DNA from: Conidiobolus incongruus B7586
Taxonomy: Eukaryota
DNA: 39,573 bases
Assembly (NCBI GenBank): GCA_000697335.1
Contig: JNEM01013468.1
Location: forward strand, 1 to 39,573
Direction of reading: 5' to 3'
Positions 35,435 to 39,573 of the stretch are shown here, piece after piece. Both the position numbers and the translations under genes were made by a program. Under the pieces are notes generated by a model. It worked only from the letters and a program-made list of their open reading frames with translations. It was not told where the DNA came from and ran no database searches. Each line of letters opens with the position of its first letter. Positions within the stretch are counted from its first letter, which is position 1.

Positions 35435-38234
35435 TCATGACAATTTTAATATAGTTTAATCTAATAGTTGTTATTTAAAGTATTTGAATCAAAGGTATCT
35501 AAAAATCTTAGATTTGATATTCTATAATAATAAAGATGATAATTGCTTTTTTTATATCATATATATATATTGCATTTGCAATCTAAAATGGATTAAATTT
35601 TATGGGATATTAAATTGAAATATATAAAGGTTAATATTATGATTGTAGGTTGATTTTAAATCAATTAATGCATGGGACATATTGAATGAAAATGTCACTT
35701 AAAATTAAATACATTATATTATATGTTTGAATACTGAGTTTATGTTATTTTTGCTAATATAGAATCAAAAACTATATTCGTCTCTTTTCAACTCTACTCA
35801 AAAATTTAAAAATTCACACCAAATTTGCCAAAATCATTTTTACATTAACGTTTAATAAATTCTTAAGCAAATCAGGTATAATAATTTGAGTCTGTATTAT
35901 TTATTTAAAAATGCAATTGATATTAGATAAATTTAAATTATTAACTGAGAATACGATACTATAGACTGTCTATAAATTTGATGTTGTTATATTTCTATTA
36001 TTTATTGTAATTGTATTTGTGAAATATTAGCTGATGTACTTATCAAACATTTTTATATAATTAATTCAATATTGTATTATGAAATATTTTGAATGTAATA
36101 TGGTTAATATACAGTCAAAACTCTTATTATATTCTAGTCAGATTTATTTTCCAGATACCCATATTTTAATTTAAAAAAACAATAATATGGAAAATTTTTC
36201 TCATAATTTTGAAAAATTAAAAAAAAATATTTATAATCAAATATCTATTTTTAAATCATGATCTTAATACTTCAATTTTATCTTTGCAAGATTTATAATA
36301 TTTTAGGTGAAATAATACACTATATCTTAATGGCTATACCTATATATTATAATAGCTATATATGGACTCTTGATATTATTCAATTTTCCGATTAATATAC
36401 AATATTTTAACTTTGCAACTATTGATTTGAATAATTTATTTGATAATCAAAAAAAGGAATCTAATTAAAACTTTAGTTAGAAATAGCTAATTAAATCACA
36501 AAACAATAAATTTAATTGATTTTTCTATATATTAATATTCATTGACAATTTTTCAAAAAATATATTTAAACCAAAATCTACATATCTAAGGTTAAAAATA
36601 TTAGCAATATTAATGATTTTCTTATATTCTATTAATTTGAATATTTTACAAGTTATAAATGAAATTTTATTTTAAATTTTGAATAACCAAACTCTTAATT
36701 GAAGATTCATTACTAGAGTAATTCAATCTAATATATTTCTTTATATCTCAATATTGTCTCATTAAATCAACCCATTAAGAGACTAGATTTTGAATTTGTT
36801 TTCATATTCAATTATATTTGTTTAGCTTTCAATTGTTTATGAATTATTATATTATAATATATTAATTTAATTATATAAAATATGAGCCATAAAATCAATT
36901 TATTTCAAAAGATTAATCAGTTCCTGTTTTCTGAAAACTGATTACTACCTTCTTATCATTATTAATCAGCAATATTTCCATTAAGACTATCTTTATCAAT
37001 TACTATATTTTATAAACAATCGACTATATTTGTTACTAATTTATTTGAACATCGAAATCCTATACGATTATTGCTCAACTTTAAGTGTTCCTCTGTATTT
37101 TTATCTATACTATTGCTACTGATATCATTGCATCTATGTAACTATTTACATTGTATATATTAAAATAACTAATAAATTCAATTTTATTCAGAAAAATAAT
37201 TTTGAATCAATATTTATTTACTTGATACTAAATAATATAATTTGATCAATTTAGATTTAAATTTTATTGAAAGTTAATATAACTCTTAATGAATAATTCA
37301 TAGCTCTATTTTATTATTATTTATAATATTTTATGTTTAATATATCAATTTTTAGAATTTCTGATAAAATATACTTTTCAATAATTTAGTGGTTGCAAAA
37401 TAATATTTAATTACTTTTATATGTTCATTAATTTAGTGGGTATTCTATAGAAAATATTATAACTCAATATAACTCAATACTCAATTTACTTCAGACTATC
37501 GTTCATTACTAAATCAATTTTAAATCATTGAAAATACATACTGTATCATATATTCATTTTAAATAAGGTATTTTAGAATCATTTTTGTTTTAATTATATA
37601 TAATTAATTTATTATATTTCCTTTTGAATTAAAAAAATACATAACTAAGTAATTTTTATTATTAAATTTGACAAGGATGAGATTTAATAATATTTCAATT
37701 ACTTGATTATAATAATTTATAATATTTAATTATATTATATTCATGAATTGATAAGTTTTATCTCTATAAAATAATATTTTCGATATAAATCAAATTATTA
37801 AATTATAAATTTTGCAAAAATTGAAGATATAAGTATTATTATTTTTTTTATCATATTAATTTATTTTTCAGTATAATATAATATATTTAATATTTATATA
37901 TTAATTATAAGTTTAATAAAATTTCATCAAATTATAATAATACTTAATTTACATTTGGAAAAAATAAAAAATAAAAACAAATTAAGTCATAATTAATATA
38001 TAATATTAAATTTTTATAACTAATAAAACCAAAAATACCCTGATTATTTTATTGATTGTATCATAAAGAAATTATGGGTTACTTTAAATGGTTTTGTTAA
38101 TAAACTCCATAAGAAAGTGAAATAATAAAATATTATTCTCTCATAAAAATTTCAACCATCACATAACTTTGGATATTGTAGAATTAGGCTATACTATAAT
38201 GTTGGTATTATATTTTTTAATATAATTATTACCT

Positions 38235-38334
38235 TAAATTTGAAAAAATGGGAAATTTTTTAATTTCCAATTTTTCAAACATATTATTAGTTTAAAATAA
38301 ATAAATATATACAAAGTTAATAGGAAATTAAATA

Positions 38335-38367
<33 letters not shown>

Positions 38368-39573
38368 ATAATTTTTTTGATTAAAAAATTAATTTTTTAA
38401 AATTGGCTGTTTAATTTAATTATGTTTAAACTAAATAGTAATCATCAAAAGTCTTTTATTTTAGTATTAGTAAAACTTAACTATAAGCCCTCTAAAATTA
38501 TTTAAAATTTACAAACAACTTTTGGTAATGAAACATTATTTAAATTAACAATTTATTACTAGGTAAATCACTTTAAAGTTAAAAGAGAAACTATCTAAAA
38601 CCTGTTAAAATTTAAAAAACTAACTTCAATTGTTACTTTTTTAATTGATAATAGAGTGAAAAAATATATTGAAAAGTACTTTTTTATTTTAGTTAGAGAA
38701 TTATCTAAGCACTTTAATATTAGTTTTACAAGTATTTTATATGTATTAAAGTTTAAACTCAAATTAATAAATAAAAATGTAAAATAGGTACCTTATAATT
38801 TAATTAAAACTTAGAAAAAAGCTAGAGTAGCTATTATTAAACAAAACTTACTAAAATATTACTAAAAGCCTAGACTTTTACAGCAAATAATTACAATTGA
38901 TGAATCTTAGATCTTTATGTATAATCCTTTATTAAAACACAAATCAAAATGCTAGATTAAGCTAAATCAACCCCCTTTATAAATCCCTTTAAATAAATAT
39001 TTTGTTAATAAGTGAATGTTAATTATTGTAATAAATTATAATAATATATGCTATTCTTATTTAGTTCTTGAAGGAAAATCAATTAATAGTAAACTTTATA
39101 TTGTTTTTTTAAATAAAAATATTTCTAATTGGTGTTCTCAATATAATTTGAGAAAACCTATTATTTTACATGATAATTATAAAATTTATAAATCTAAAGC
39201 TATAAAAAACTTTCTAATTAAAAATAACTAGAAAGAACTACTATATCTAGTATATTATTTAGATTATAACCTATGTAATTATAATTGCTTTAGGCAATTA
39301 AAAAACCAGCTTGTAGGAAAGAAAATTTCTGTAGGAAAATTTAATTGGTTTATAAAATATCAAATTTCAGTCTTTAATAAAAAAACTATTTTTTAGGTGT
39401 TAGATCTTTGCTAAAAGTATAGTAAAAAGTTATTAATAATAAAAGAAACTATTAAATTTATATTATATATTTATTTTTATATATTATATATTATATATTA
39501 TATATTATATATTATATATTAAAATATTTATTTATTTTCAATCACAAAAAATTCCCATTATTAAAAATACAAA
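38235..39573 (+). mobile_element. Mariner (DD34D) DNA transposon relic, copy C (best preserved)
   Basis: Imperfect TIRs AATGGGAAATTTTTT ... AAAAAATTCCCATT; ~1.3 kb; internal (TA)n at the same position as in copies A and B; reaches the window edge. Confidence 0.9.
38422..39455 (+). pseudogene. Mariner transposase pseudogene (~344 codons)
   Basis: Manual translation through stops: TIYY*VNHFK (HTH), K*VPYNL (WVPHEL), IITIDES*IF (first D), ILHDN (second D, 39172), YYLDYNLCNY (YSPDxxPxD; third position at 39277, 34 residues after the second D), GVRSLLKV**KVINNKRNY* after a single 1-nt frameshift near 39385. Confidence 0.9.

Noticed and set aside
39016..39231. 71-aa ORF as a standalone gene
   Set aside because: It is a stop-bounded fragment of the mariner transposase.
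38422..39455. Stop-codon reassignment (TAG/TAA read as Trp/Gln) making the transposase intact
   Set aside because: Host genes here end normally in TAA/TAG, stops differ among copies, and sense codons show the same transitions.
39460..39520. (ATATT)n run near the window end as a telomeric repeat
   Set aside because: It lies inside the mariner 3' UTR, and shorter versions occur in copies A and B.
1..39573. CRISPR array, prokaryotic operon or RT-linked defence system
   Set aside because: No regularly spaced repeats; the RT is an LTR-retrotransposon type with integrase and chromodomain, and the context is eukaryotic.

Overview
Very AT-rich eukaryotic DNA, almost certainly fungal. Intronless genes, an intron-containing tRNA-Tyr, PNS1- and RRN6-like genes and a chromovirus remnant point that way; an early-diverging lineage is my guess, not demonstrated. 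Intact genes: four paralogous GDXG/HSL-family alpha/beta-hydrolases, a PNS1/CTL-like membrane protein, and an Rrn6/TAF1C-like Pol I factor carrying an N-terminal AT-hook array. There are two identical tRNA-Tyr(GTA) genes and two decayed copies. Mobile DNA comprises the 3' half and LTR of an internally deleted Ty3/Gypsy chromovirus, three solo LTRs of two families (two of them just upstream of the intact tRNA genes), and three ~1.3 kb copies of a DD34D mariner that the ORF track misses. The mariner copies are destroyed almost entirely by C:G->T:A transitions, many CpA->TpA, with the reading frame preserved, i.e. a RIP-like hypermutation signature. Best leads: the RIP-like mutagenesis, the animal-type mariner, tRNA-targeted LTR insertion and the AT-hook-Rrn6 fusion.
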